A DNA stretch of 33,070 nt from Thraustochytrium aureum (lineage: Eukaryota): positions 178,039-211,108 of the forward strand of contig BLSG01000391.1 in the NCBI GenBank assembly GCA_012862495.1. Direction: 5' to 3'. The notes beneath the pieces were generated by a model. That model did not search any database and was not told where the DNA came from. It saw nothing but the letters and a program-made list of their open reading frames with translations. Shown here in pieces: positions 1 through 10,617 of this stretch; positions within the stretch are counted from its first letter, which is position 1; each line of letters starts with the position of its first letter. Position numbers and translations under genes: made by a program.

Positions 1-779
1 TCCTGTCGGAGTGTTTTTCTTCAGCTTCGGATCTGACGGAGCAGAGGGTAACTCGTGGCGGCCTGGCAGGGTCTGTGCTGTGCCTCGGCGAGAAAACTAC
101 CGTTCGCTCGACGAGCAACAGCGATTTTCTGTCCGAGGCGCTTGGCATTTCTTGGCCGTGATCGGTGCCACCCACTCGCAGACCAAAGACACCGCTGGGT
201 CGCTGACCTCGCTATGAAGCAGATCCACAGGCAGTCGCGCTGCATGATGAGTGCCTCGAAGACGAATAAGTCAAAGGAATGAACCGTTTTGACATTCTAC
301 TCTACCAACGCTGTGGCTCATCATCGTGGTGAGTTGGCAACAGACCCAGCTCGCAATGCGCGCGAGAGCCGCCTCGTCAGCTCGGACGGTCTTAGATTTC
401 CTGTTCAATCAAAGCAAGAACGGAAGGCAGAAAGGCGAGTTTCACGTTCGCCCGATGCTGGGTCTCGTAGCCAACGTTTCCAATCCTGGCAAGGTGGACG
501 GCATGTCAGCATCGCACGACTCCGGTGCATACGAGGCAGATTCGATCCTGTGGCTGCCGAGGTCCTCCACAACCGATCGATGCGAGAGCGGGAGTGCGAC
601 GAACGAGAGAGCGAGATCGTCGCCGCGCCGTCTCCCAATCGTTAGCACGCCTTTCCTTTTCGCCTCGTCTCGGTCCGCTGCGCTGCGCCGCTGCCCGGAG
701 CAAGTAGCCGCCATGGCGCATGGTGCCACGATACCTTCCGCGCTGACAGCGCCGGTCTTCACACTCCACAGGAGGATCG

Positions 780-3773
780 CTAGATCGGATGCGCGACGGC
801 ATCCGCATCAGAGTCGGCGTCGCTCGAGTCCTCTCCGGCGTCCGTATCGAGCCCGTCAGACGCAGCCTCCGAGCCAGAGCCGCGGCGCCCACCGGCTGCG
901 CGCAGCGAGGCAGGATCTGCCGCGGCGAGAGTCACCGCCGCGAAGCCGAAAACCCAGAAGGCCTCCTGCTTGGTGAGTTGGCGCGTCGCTAGCTCCGGGT
1001 CCCGGAAGAGGCCCTCTGCAAGCTCGCAGACGGCGGGCGCAGGCACGGCCGCCACGGCGAGCGCCCCCAGAAACTCGTGCGGGGTGGCGCGGTCGTCAAG
1101 CGCTGGGAACGAAAAGGCCTCGTCCGGGGCTGGCCGCGGAAGCGAGAGGTCCTTCGGAAAGAGCTCGGCCATGTCGCCGGAAACGTGCACGGAGAGCGCT
1201 GGGCGCGGGTTCTCCTGCTGGGCTGCCACCGAGGCGACCAACGACGCGTCCGCCGACACGGTGAGCGCAATGTCGAGGAAGAACTGCACGAGCTCGACGT
1301 GACGCATGATGCGGGCCTTGGCTAGCTTGAGCGTTGCGGCCGACTGCTTGCGCTTGTCGCGCGTCATGGCGCTGCCTTGGCGCAAGACGTGCAGGAACGA
1401 GAGCAGCCAGAGCGCAAAGTCCTTGAAGAGCCCCCCGAGGCGCAAGTTGCTGAGCTGCAGGTCTAAGACGCCCTCGGAAGCGATGTCCCGGAGGGAAAAC
1501 TCGAAAGCTGGCGTCTTGCCGCCGGTGATGGCGCCTGTCGCTGTGAGGGACAGGTTTCCAGCGAGCGACTTTATGGCCGACAAGATGATTCGCGCCGTCG
1601 CAAAGCCCTTGTGAAGGCCCCTGAGCCGCTTGCCGTGCGTGGCCGCGCTCACGGCACCCCGCTTCGACTTGAGCTGACGCCACAGCAGGCCCTGGGCCAC
1701 TTCGACTGCCACGTCAGAGTTGATGCGCAGGTCGACCGCCTGAACGTGCAGCTCGAGGGACACCGACTTGCGCCGCACGAGACTTGCCACAGCCTCGATC
1801 GCGCGGGCCAGGTTCCAGCGCGGAATCTGCAACTCGTCACAAGCGCTGTCCAAGGCGGTCTGGACAGCGGCCTGCGCTTGGGCCGCTCTGGCGACCACAG
1901 TCTCGTAGGCCATGCGAAACTCCTCCGAGTCGCGTGCGTCCTTGAAGGCGTTGAGCCCGCGGGTCTGCAGATTCGCAGGCGCCTGCTCGGAGGGGCGCTC
2001 CGAAAACACGGCGAGAGCAGCCGGCCTCTGCTTGCCGGCTCCGAGCACAGCAGCAACGTCCGCGCTCGAGTTTCGCAAAGCTCGAGTCCCCGCTGCGCCC
2101 GCGTCGCTGCTGGATTCGTCCGACTCCGTCCCGGTCTCCGCCTCCGACCCGCTCGCAGTGAGGGCCTCGTCGTCGGTGGCGTTCTCCGCGATTCCTATGG
2201 AGCCGTCCGAGGGGCTGCGCTTGAGCACGCCGACGGCTACCAGCTCGCCCACATAAAGCCCCTGCTGCAAGTTGACCAGGCCCTCGAGCGTGACCGCGCG
2301 CAGCGGCAGGAGGCCGCGCCGCCACGCCGGGTCGGTGTCTGGTGTGCTGGTTTGGAGGCCCGCAAACGCCTTGCGCACAGAAGACTGCGCAGGCTTGCGG
2401 AACTGCTCGTTGGCCCGCGCGAGCGTTGCGACTTGCGGCGCAGTGAGCCCGATCTTGCGCAGGATCGCCAAAGCGGCCTTCTTCTCTTTCGTGTCGGCTC
2501 GAGCGGACGCCGCGTTAAGATCGACGTCAAAGTCGGCTGCCCCCGGCCAGCCCTCCAAGGACAGCTCGCAGACCATGGCGAGCCCGACTGGGCGGACGCG
2601 GTTGAACGCCACCATTTTCGGGTCGAGGAGGAGGGCCCCAAGCTCGTGGGCCAGGTTGCCCTCCACGGCCGTTTTGATCGCGGAGGGGACCGCCGCGTTT
2701 ATCACCGAGCGGATCACGGGGTCCACGAGGGGCTTGTTGGTCTTGAGTCGCACGACCCTGAACCGGTACGAGGGAGCTGCGCGCCAGCGCCTTCGCTCAT
2801 AGTGAAAGGTAAGCTCAAACTCCACCTCGGCGTCGATGGCGATGGTCTCCATGTTCATCACTTTACCCAGGCCCTTGCCGGGCGCCACAGAGGGGTGCAC
2901 GTTCTCCACCGTCTTGAGCGCAAGCGCCTTGCACTTGAGCGAAACGGGCTTTTCTGTGCGCATGCTGAGTTCGGCGCGGTGCCTGATGCGCTTTCGCGGC
3001 GCGGCAGAAGCCCCATCCACCACCGCTGCCGCTTCGGACGCCCCCGCGGCCTCCTCGCGAAGGCAGAGGTCCACGCGCACGGCGCCGGCGAGCAGGTCGA
3101 GCCAAAACTCTTTGACGCCGAACAGCGAGGCGTCCGAGCAAATGCGAATCATGTACTCGCGCTTTGGGAGGTGCATCTCCTGGACCGCAGCTAGAAAGAG
3201 GCTCTTGGCCCGCTTCGCTTTCTGCTCCAGCCCGTGCAGGGGGTCGCTGACCGCTGGGTGTCTGCCGTGGTTCGCTGGGGCGCTCGCCTGGCGCGAGTCC
3301 CGCACGTCCGCTGCCGGCCTCGCGCTGCCACCAAGGCCCCTGCCGCTTCCGCGCGTCTCAAAGCTCCCGAGGTACCCGGAGAGGTCTGCGCCGTACTGCA
3401 CAGTGAGCGCTTCATTCAGCGCGGGGAGGCGACCCTCGAAGTGGTCGACAACCTTGTCCACCTCTGCCAGCCTCGCCTCATTATGCACCGCGTAAAACAT
3501 CTCGAGGGCCGCCTTCACCTGTTGCCGCGTATGTCCTCCGGCGTCGCGCCGCCGCCGCGCCGCAGGAGCAGGTGGCGGCGGCGCCTTTCCGGGCGTTGCC
3601 GAGGACGCAACATTCCGCACGCGAGCTTCCGTGGCGTGCTGGACCTCGCCAACGGCAAGCGCGCATTGGCGCGACAGCGCCTGGACGCAGTCGCGCTCCC
3701 AGGCAGCTGCGGCGCCGTCGCGCGTCTTCTTCAGCCGCTCGAGCGCCTCGCGCGCGCCGGCGAGCGCCTCCAT
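780..3773 (-). CDS. Hypothetical ~997-aa protein: N-terminal helical motif (FYxxHN...VD.......F.GR...L...L...YG) and beta-rich segments of possible TULIP/BPI-like fold; true 5' end may lie in gap 3777-3953
   Basis: Uninterrupted ORF from ATG 3773 (MEALAGARE) to TAG 780-782 with protein-like composition and an acidic C-terminal tail; the frame stays open into the N gap. Domain guesses are by eye. Confidence 0.75.
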   Translation of the reverse strand: MEALAGAREALERLKKTRDGAAAAWERDCVQALSRQCALAVGEVQHATEARVRNVASSATPGKAPPPPAPAARRRRDAGGHTRQQVKAALEMFYAVHNEARLAEVDKVVDHFEGRLPALNEALTVQYGADLSGYLGSFETRGSGRGLGGSARPAADVRDSRQASAPANHGRHPAVSDPLHGLEQKAKRAKSLFLAAVQEMHLPKREYMIRICSDASLFGVKEFWLDLLAGAVRVDLCLREEAAGASEAAAVVDGASAAPRKRIRHRAELSMRTEKPVSLKCKALALKTVENVHPSVAPGKGLGKVMNMETIAIDAEVEFELTFHYERRRWRAAPSYRFRVVRLKTNKPLVDPVIRSVINAAVPSAIKTAVEGNLAHELGALLLDPKMVAFNRVRPVGLAMVCELSLEGWPGAADFDVDLNAASARADTKEKKAALAILRKIGLTAPQVATLARANEQFRKPAQSSVRKAFAGLQTSTPDTDPAWRRGLLPLRAVTLEGLVNLQQGLYVGELVAVGVLKRSPSDGSIGIAENATDDEALTASGSEAETGTESDESSSDAGAAGTRALRNSSADVAAVLGAGKQRPAALAVFSERPSEQAPANLQTRGLNAFKDARDSEEFRMAYETVVARAAQAQAAVQTALDSACDELQIPRWNLARAIEAVASLVRRKSVSLELHVQAVDLRINSDVAVEVAQGLLWRQLKSKRGAVSAATHGKRLRGLHKGFATARIILSAIKSLAGNLSLTATGAITGGKTPAFEFSLRDIASEGVLDLQLSNLRLGGLFKDFALWLLSFLHVLRQGSAMTRDKRKQSAATLKLAKARIMRHVELVQFFLDIALTVSADASLVASVAAQQENPRPALSVHVSGDMAELFPKDLSLPRPAPDEAFSFPALDDRATPHEFLGALAVAAVPAPAVCELAEGLFRDPELATRQLTKQEAFWVFGFAAVTLAAADPASLRAAGGRRGSGSEAASDGLDTDAGEDSSDADSDADAVAHPI

Positions 3774-4087
3774 TCCNNNNNNNNNNNNNNNNNNNNNNNN
3801 NNNNNNNNNNNNNNNNNNNNNNNNNNNNNNNNNNNNNNNNNNNNNNNNNNNNNNNNNNNNNNNNNNNNNNNNNNNNNNNNNNNNNNNNNNNNNNNNNNNN
3901 NNNNNNNNNNNNNNNNNNNNNNNNNNNNNNNNNNNNNNNNNNNNNNNNNNNNNGCAGCGGCAGTGCGGGCGAAGGCGTCTCTCGCGGCGTAGAGCTCGGC
4001 GATAGTGGCAGCGGCTGCGCGGCGTCTGCGGGCGGGATCGCACCGTTTTCGGGGGCGTGGGGCCGGAAATCGACGCATTTTTCCGCG

Positions 4088-5775
4088 ATGGCGCGCGTCG
4101 AGGACGCCAATCTCTCCGAGCGGCTCCTGCAAAGCTCGGCCAACGCGGCGCAGTCGTACGGGGCTGTCGGCGGCGACGCGGACGTGCCGATCTTGGAGTC
4201 GGGGCCCGGCGACTTGAAGCTCGTTGGCGCGGAAGGGGTCCAGGTCGTGGTCAGCTTGTGGGAAGATATGCTCGTGGTCGCGGATGTGCTCTCTGGACGC
4301 GAGCTGCGCCGCGTTGCGCTGCGCGATGTCACCGCAGTGTTCTTGCGGCGGAGGCCTGGGAAGGAGACCGGGACTGACGGCGAGGATGACGACGAGGATG
4401 ATGACGACGATGGGGACGGGTGGTTCAAGGACGAAGAACTGACTGATGATGATGATGTCGAGCTCGTGGTCGTGTCGTTCCCGGTCGCCCCACGGAGGCG
4501 CGGTGGGTGCCTGAGAGGATTGGCTTCCGGCTGTTGCTGCTTGTGCTGCGGCGGGGCGGCCAGCAGCCACCCGGCTCGCGTCCCTTCGGAGCTCGTGCTG
4601 TTCAGCGAGTCTTCAAACGACTACGTGTACTCGTGGGAGCAAGGCATCACGAACGCCGTTTCTGGGAAAGGTCCGTTCGACCTGTGCATTTCGCACGGCA
4701 AGAGGATGCTCGTGATAATCTCGCCCGCGAGCGGCCGCGGCCAAGCCGTCGACCTGTTTGAAAAGTGCGTTCGCCCGATCTTCGAGGCCAGCCGCATCTC
4801 GTGCACTGTGGTCGTGACCAGGTCGGCACAGGACGCGACCAACATCGTATCTCGTTCGCAGCTGAGCAAGCTGGATGGCGTTATCGCGATGGGAGGCGAC
4901 GGAATTGTTTACGAAGTCTTGCAAGGGCTAAAGTGCCACCGCGAAAACACTGGCGGGAACAAGCTCCCTGCCCCTGTTGGCGTCGTACCGTGCGGCTCGG
5001 GCAATGGGCTGGCAACCTCACTGCAGTGGCTCCAGAGCGCCGGCCCGGCCACCGCCGGGAGCACGGCGCCGGCGCCGCCCAAGAACCCCGTGGAGCACGC
5101 GGCGATCGCCATCGCGCGCGGGCGCACCCAAGACGTCGACCTATGGACGGTCAAAAGCCTTGCTCCTGGAGGCGCTCGCGGCGAGACCCGCTATGCGTGC
5201 CTCTCGCTGTCGTGGGCGCTCGTCTCTGACGTCGACATCGAGTCGGAAAGCCTCGCTGCCCTGGCGACGCGCGCTTCTCTCTGGGCACGGCTTGGCGAAT
5301 GTGCTGCCTGCGCCGGTATGAGGCCTCGTTGTCTTATTTGCCGCTTGGCCACAGCACAGCCTTGGAGGACGAGGCAGACCAGATCCCGGACGTCGAGGAG
5401 GCGCTACCTGTGGCATGGGAACAGCTCGAGCCGGGGTCTGATTTTGCCCTCCTCTGGGCGATGAATGTGTCGCACGCGGCGGGCGACATGTTTACAGCTC
5501 CGGACGCGCGCCCCGACAGCGGTCATATTGACCTGCTGCTTGTCCCCGGCAACGTGGGCCGCTTGGCGCTCCTGAAAGGCCTCCTAGCCCTCGAGCACGG
5601 CGAGCACGTAAACGTGCCTGGGTGGCGCCTCGTCAAGGTGCGCGCGCTGCGGCTCGATGCCGCGGCGCCGGGTGAGGCGATCCCGGGCCGCCTCGTCCTT
5701 GACGGGGAGCTCTTGCAGCCCGCGACTCGGCTGCAGGTGGAGTGCTCGCAGCGCGAGGCGCGATTCTTTGCTTGA
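4088..5775 (+). CDS. SPHK: Sphingosine/ceramide kinase-like protein (DAGK catalytic family), ~562 aa, with an apparent 1-nt frameshift at ~5252-5265
   Basis: Motifs MLVIISPASGRGQA, GVIAMGGDGIVYEVLQGL, VVPCGSGNGLA, LSLSWALVSDVDIESE, then in the next frame GDARFSLG...RRY, APDARPDSGHIDLL, GRLVLDGE. ATG 4088, TGA 5773-5775. Confidence 0.85.
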
Positions 5776-6027
5776 CAGGTCTCGTGTCCACTTCGCTGAG
5801 CCTGGAAGCCGCAGCGCACCTCGTGCAGGCGGCGCTGACGACGGCCCTTCTCGTCTCTCGCGTCGACGTCCTCTCATTTCAAGATCTTGAGATTGTGTGC
5901 CGTTCTGCACTTCGCTGGATGGTGTGGAATGAAATATGGTTTGGCGTTTTTAAAGCTGCTGCTGCTGCTCGAGCCTCAGCGGTCCAAAGTTGCGTCCTCT
6001 TGGCGTGTGCGGGTGGATTGGGCCCAG

Positions 6028-7874
6028 CTACTCGACCCAGCCGTAGGTTCGCTCGATGGCCTTGGACCACCCCTTGGCGAGTTTGGCGCGCTGTTCTGTT
6101 GTCATGGCGGGCTCCCATGTCTTGTCCACCGCCCAGTTTGCCTTGAGGGTATCAATGTCCTTCCAAAACCCTACGGCCAAGCCCGCGGCGTAGGCGGCGC
6201 CCAGCGCCGTGGTCTCGGTCACTTTGGGGCGCACGACAGGTGTGTCGAGGATGTCGCTCTGGAACTGCATGAGCGTGTTGTTCACAACGGCGCCGCCGTC
6301 TGCCTTGAGGGCGGTGAGTTTGACCTTGGAATCCTTCTCCATGGCCTCGAAAACGTCGCGCGACTGGAACGCGATGGCTTCAAGCGTCGCCCGAGCGATG
6401 TGGCACTTGTTGGTAAAGCGCGTCATGCCCACCAGGACGCCGCGCGCGTCATCCCGCCAGTGGCTGCGAGTTGAATTGCATTTGCATCGCATTGCACAGA
6501 CGGGGGCAAATGCAAGCTTGGCGTCAGACACAGTCGATCTTGCGGCGCAGTCGTTGGGTTGTTGGCGGAGGCTCGTGCAAGGCAAGTTTGCGACTTACGG
6601 GGCATAGAGGCCGCTGAACGCTGGCACAAGGTATACATCGCCGTTGTCCTCGACCTGCTTTGCGAGCGTCTCGACCTCTGGCGCGGATTCGATGATGCAT
6701 AGGTTGTCGCGCAGCCACTGCACGAGCGCGCCGCCGATAGCCACGGAGCCTTCAAGCGCGTAGACGGGCTTATTGTCTCCGATCTTGTACGCCACCGTGG
6801 TCAAGAGGCCGTGCTTGCTCACGACCTTGTGCTCGCCAGTGTTGAGGAGCAAGAAGCAACCAGTCCCATACGTGTTCTGCGCATCAGCGTTGTCAGCACC
6901 GCGCAAGAGCCCTTCCGCACAAGTCCCTTTCCGCACAAACCCCTGCCGCACAAAACCCCTGCCGCACCAACCCCTGCAGCACCAACCCCTGCCGCACAAA
7001 GCCCCCTGCCGCACAACCGTGTCCTTTCTGCGCACGCACGCACGGCCTGTGCCGTGGCGCCCCGCCCACAAAGCTGTTCGCTACGTACCTTGGCCTCGCC
7101 GGGCTCAAAGCAAGTCTGCCCAAAGAGCGCGGCCTGCTGGTCGCCGAGAACGCCAGAAACGGGGACTCCTGCGAGGCAGGGCGGGTCGGCAATGTCGAAC
7201 AGGCGTTCACTGCTCGAGGCAATGCGGGGCAGCACAGACTGAGGGACGCCCAGCAGGTCGCAGAGACCCTCGTCCCACTCGAGCGTGGCCAAGTCCATGA
7301 GCATCGTGCGCGACGCGTTGGTGACGTCAGTGACGTGCTCTTTGCCGCCGGAGAGGAGCCAGAGGAGCCAGGTGTCGATGGTGCCAAAGAGAGCAGCGCC
7401 ACTGGCTACGCCCTCGCTCACCGCCTCCACGTTGTCGATGAGCCAGCGCAGCTTGGTGCCAGCAAAGTAGGGCACGACGGGGACGCCCGTTTTCTCCTGC
7501 AGAGCGTTCTTCCCGCCCACCTTTTCGATGATCTCGTCGCAGATGCCTTGGCTTCGCATGTCCATCCACACGACCGCGTTGTACAGCGGCTTGCCCGTGT
7601 TCTTGTCCCACACGACCGTGGTTTCGCGCTGGTTGGTGATGCCGACGGCGGCCAAGTCGGCGGCCGTCAGGCCCGCCTTGTCCAGCGCTCCCTTGATCAC
7701 CGTCTTGGTATTCTCCCAGATCTCGAGCGGGTCGTGCTCGACGCGGCCCTCCTTCGGCATGATCTGCTTGTGCTCCATCTGCGCATCCGCCACGATGGCG
7801 GCCTGCGCGTCAAAGATGATGAACCTGGTCGACGTCGTGCCCTGGTCGATCGCCCCTACATACCCGCCGCCCAT
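6028..7874 (-). CDS. GK: Glycerol kinase (FGGY family), 499 aa; exons 7874-7089, 6876-6599, 6463-6028
   Basis: [97 protein letters not shown] splicing gives 1500 nt in frame. Confidence 0.97.
6464..6598 (-). other. Intron 2 of glycerol kinase (135 nt, phase 2)
   Basis: Donor GTAAGT at 6598, acceptor CGCAG ending at 6464; removal restores [13 protein letters not shown]. Confidence 0.92.
6877..7088 (-). other. Intron 1 of glycerol kinase (212 nt, phase 0)
   Basis: Donor GTACGT at 7088, GCTGAC branch-like site, acceptor GCGCAG ending at 6877; removal restores GEAKNTYGTG. Confidence 0.92.
6910..7017. repeat. Imperfect ~15-16 bp minisatellite (CCCCTGCCGCACAAA-like, ~7 units) inside glycerol kinase intron 1
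   Basis: Units ccctgccgcacaaaa, cccctgccgcaccaa, cccctgcagcaccaa, cccctgccgcacaaag are directly visible. Confidence 0.85.
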
Positions 7875-8452
7875 CCTGCCTGCTGCGCCCGCGCGGTCGC
7901 CGAGCACGATCGGACTTTCGCGGCTCGCGCGCGACCGTGGCAAAACTCCTTCCTGGCCTCGGCTTGCCTCCAGTGCGTCTCGAGCCCTTTCGCGTTGGGG
8001 CTCTGCCAGCTCGCGCGTCGTCGTGGACGCGTGCAAGTACCCTCTGAGTAGCAGTTACTCCTGTACACTCACATGTTCTGCGCGCCCAACCTGAACGAAG
8101 TGACACCGCTTTCGCCGCGACAGCAACGGTGCGAGCGCATGCTCTCTGCGCCGCGCGCCAGCAGCCGGGCAGACTGAACGGAGCCGCCAAGTCGTTCTCG
8201 CGGACCCGGCACGCTCACTGTGCGGCTTTGTGCGGCTGGCGGTACTGGAAGTGGCTGCCTCGGCAACCTGGCACGTTGCGGTGTCCGCGACGACGTGTTC
8301 ACGCGAGGTGCGGCGCGACGCCGGGCGACATCGGGCCAACCAGCGCGAGGACCGCGCTGGGCTGCGCGGTAGATGTGGTAGATCTACAGGGTTTTCTGCA
8401 TACAGTTGGAAATGGACTATGTTCAGGGCCAGAGCCGCCAGAGTAGAGTAAC

Positions 8453-9351
8453 TCACCACATGCTCTGCACGCGCCAAGAAAGCCATCGAGAACCTTTGGC
8501 AGGGCCGCCGCCGCCGCTGCTGCTGCTGCTGCTGCTGCCTGGGCGGAGCGCGACGGCGATACGCACGGCGCCGAGGAAAAGCCCGACGAGCACGACAGAT
8601 AGGCGCTGGAAACCAACGCGGAGAGCGGCCTGGAAAGGCGGTGGCTGGATCCTCTCACCCAAGATGTGCTCTGCAACACTACTTAGGAAGTGTGCCCGAA
8701 GCGCCCACTCCACCTGGCCGAGCGGGTTGAGGCCCTCTGGGCGCCGCACAACGTGGTTGTCCACGCGCAGCTGGGCCTTGAAACCGAGCCACTGAAAGAG
8801 GTCTTGCACAAAGTCGCCCTCGATGTAAAAGTTGACCCTCGAGAGCTCATGCGCCTCGTCGGCAGGGCCTTGTCCCGCGGTCTGCTCTACGTGCACCCAG
8901 TTTGGCGCAGAGAACGACAGCGTGTGCCAGAGCACGTCGTGGCGGTGGCCGTGGTGCGCAACAAGGTGCTGGGCGCGTGCGCCGCCCTTGCTGTGCCCCG
9001 TCGACAACGCCTCGGTGGCGTTGACAAGCCAGCTAGCCAGGCGCGAGTCAAAGTGAGACGCCGATTCGATGGCCCAGCCCTCGTGCAGCTGCGACTCGCC
9101 GTCGTGGTGCTGCACGAGGTTGGTTCGAAGGGCGCCGAGGAGGTCGCGGGGCGAGGTCCATCTCGTTCCTCTGTGCGCGACTGCCAGCAGATCCCCCAAG
9201 CGAACAAACAGTGCGGCGTTCGTCGCACCGAGGGGGACGTACTGCCAGCACAGCGCGTCGGTGACGCACTCGGCAGGCATGTCGCTCTGCTCCGTCGGGA
9301 TCTCGACCGCCTGGACGCCTAGCCGAGAGGCGCGTTCCTCGAGCTCGATTC
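8453..9351 (-). CDS. Class-3 (fungal-type) lipase / alpha-beta hydrolase, 5'-partial (runs into gap 9352-10137), with a C-terminal hydrophobic segment
   Basis: Ordered motifs AVAHRGT (VAFRGT-like), TGHSKGGARA (GxSxG nucleophile elbow), TLSFSAP, VNFYIEGDFV (candidate catalytic Asp) and AHFLSSV (candidate catalytic His). The frame is open from the gap (IELEERASR...) to TGA 8453-8455. Confidence 0.8.
8504..8539. repeat. Compound (CCG)n(CTG)n trinucleotide repeat encoding poly-Ser/Gly in the lipase tail
   Basis: ccgccgccgccgctgctgctgctgctgctgctgc. Confidence 0.8.
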
Positions 9352-10617
9352 NNNNNNNNNNNNNNNNNNNNNNNNNNNNNNNNNNNNNNNNNNNNNNNNN
9401 NNNNNNNNNNNNNNNNNNNNNNNNNNNNNNNNNNNNNNNNNNNNNNNNNNNNNNNNNNNNNNNNNNNNNNNNNNNNNNNNNNNNNNNNNNNNNNNNNNNN
9501 NNNNNNNNNNNNNNNNNNNNNNNNNNNNNNNNNNNNNNNNNNNNNNNNNNNNNNNNNNNNNNNNNNNNNNNNNNNNNNNNNNNNNNNNNNNNNNNNNNNN
9601 NNNNNNNNNNNNNNNNNNNNNNNNNNNNNNNNNNNNNNNNNNNNNNNNNNNNNNNNNNNNNNNNNNNNNNNNNNNNNNNNNNNNNNNNNNNNNNNNNNNN
9701 NNNNNNNNNNNNNNNNNNNNNNNNNNNNNNNNNNNNNNNNNNNNNNNNNNNNNNNNNNNNNNNNNNNNNNNNNNNNNNNNNNNNNNNNNNNNNNNNNNNN
9801 NNNNNNNNNNNNNNNNNNNNNNNNNNNNNNNNNNNNNNNNNNNNNNNNNNNNNNNNNNNNNNNNNNNNNNNNNNNNNNNNNNNNNNNNNNNNNNNNNNNN
9901 NNNNNNNNNNNNNNNNNNNNNNNNNNNNNNNNNNNNNNNNNNNNNNNNNNNNNNNNNNNNNNNNNNNNNNNNNNNNNNNNNNNNNNNNNNNNNNNNNNNN
10001 NNNNNNNNNNNNNNNNNNNNNNNNNNNNNNNNNNNNNNNNNNNNNNNNNNNNNNNNNNNNNNNNNNNNNNNNNNNNNNNNNNNNNNNNNNNNNNNNNNNN
10101 NNNNNNNNNNNNNNNNNNNNNNNNNNNNNNNNNNNNNCAGAATGCGGGCAGGTGCAGGGTCAAACATCGCTCGGTTCGGACTGCGAGGTCCGGGGCAGCC
10201 GGCCAGCTCGCACTCCGAGTCGGGACACTGCTCGGGGGGATGATGCGGACGGACCTCGCTCACTGGGCGTGGGACCGCAAATCCGTCAGTTGGTGCAACT
10301 TGGTGGGCCGCTGCACGGAGAGATTGGCACTTCACTTTCAATCGCATGGCGCACCAGAATCGCGTGCTTGACAATGCAGGCCGCCTGCGCAGAGAGGGGC
10401 GAACTCTGGTTGTCCTGCATGGCGCAAGGTCGCCGCGCTCTGCGTTCTGGCGAGCGACGGGGTTCAACAGCTTTTTGGCGAGAGCGGTGAGAGATAGCTT
10501 GTGCCCGCGACGGGGCGAATACTTCTGGCGTTTTTCTTGATATTGAAAGAACGGCACAGTGCACAGTCGCTCGTTGCAAGTACATACATAGTCGTCGAAA
10601 TGCTGTCAGCGCGAGAA

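Noticed and set aside
1..779. Short ORFs at the window start
   Set aside because: Low-complexity Arg/Ser-rich translations without motifs; likely 3'UTR or intergenic.
1611..3194. 527-aa + strand ORF and other long antisense ORFs (e.g. 8690..9322, 23952..25088, 31512..32213)
   Set aside because: Antisense shadows of GC3-rich real genes, with no motifs of their own.
780..5464. ORF-track entries of 1087 aa (780..4043) and 630 aa (3572..5464) running through the N gap
   Set aside because: Ns hide stop codons. The recognisable coding parts start at 3773 (-) and 4088 (+), so the apparent overlap is an artefact.
8055..8486. 143-aa ORF MAFLARAEHVV... and a GTGAGT donor-like site overlapping the lipase stop
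   Set aside because: No recognisable domain and it overlaps the lipase end. An extra lipase 3' exon is possible but cannot be supported.
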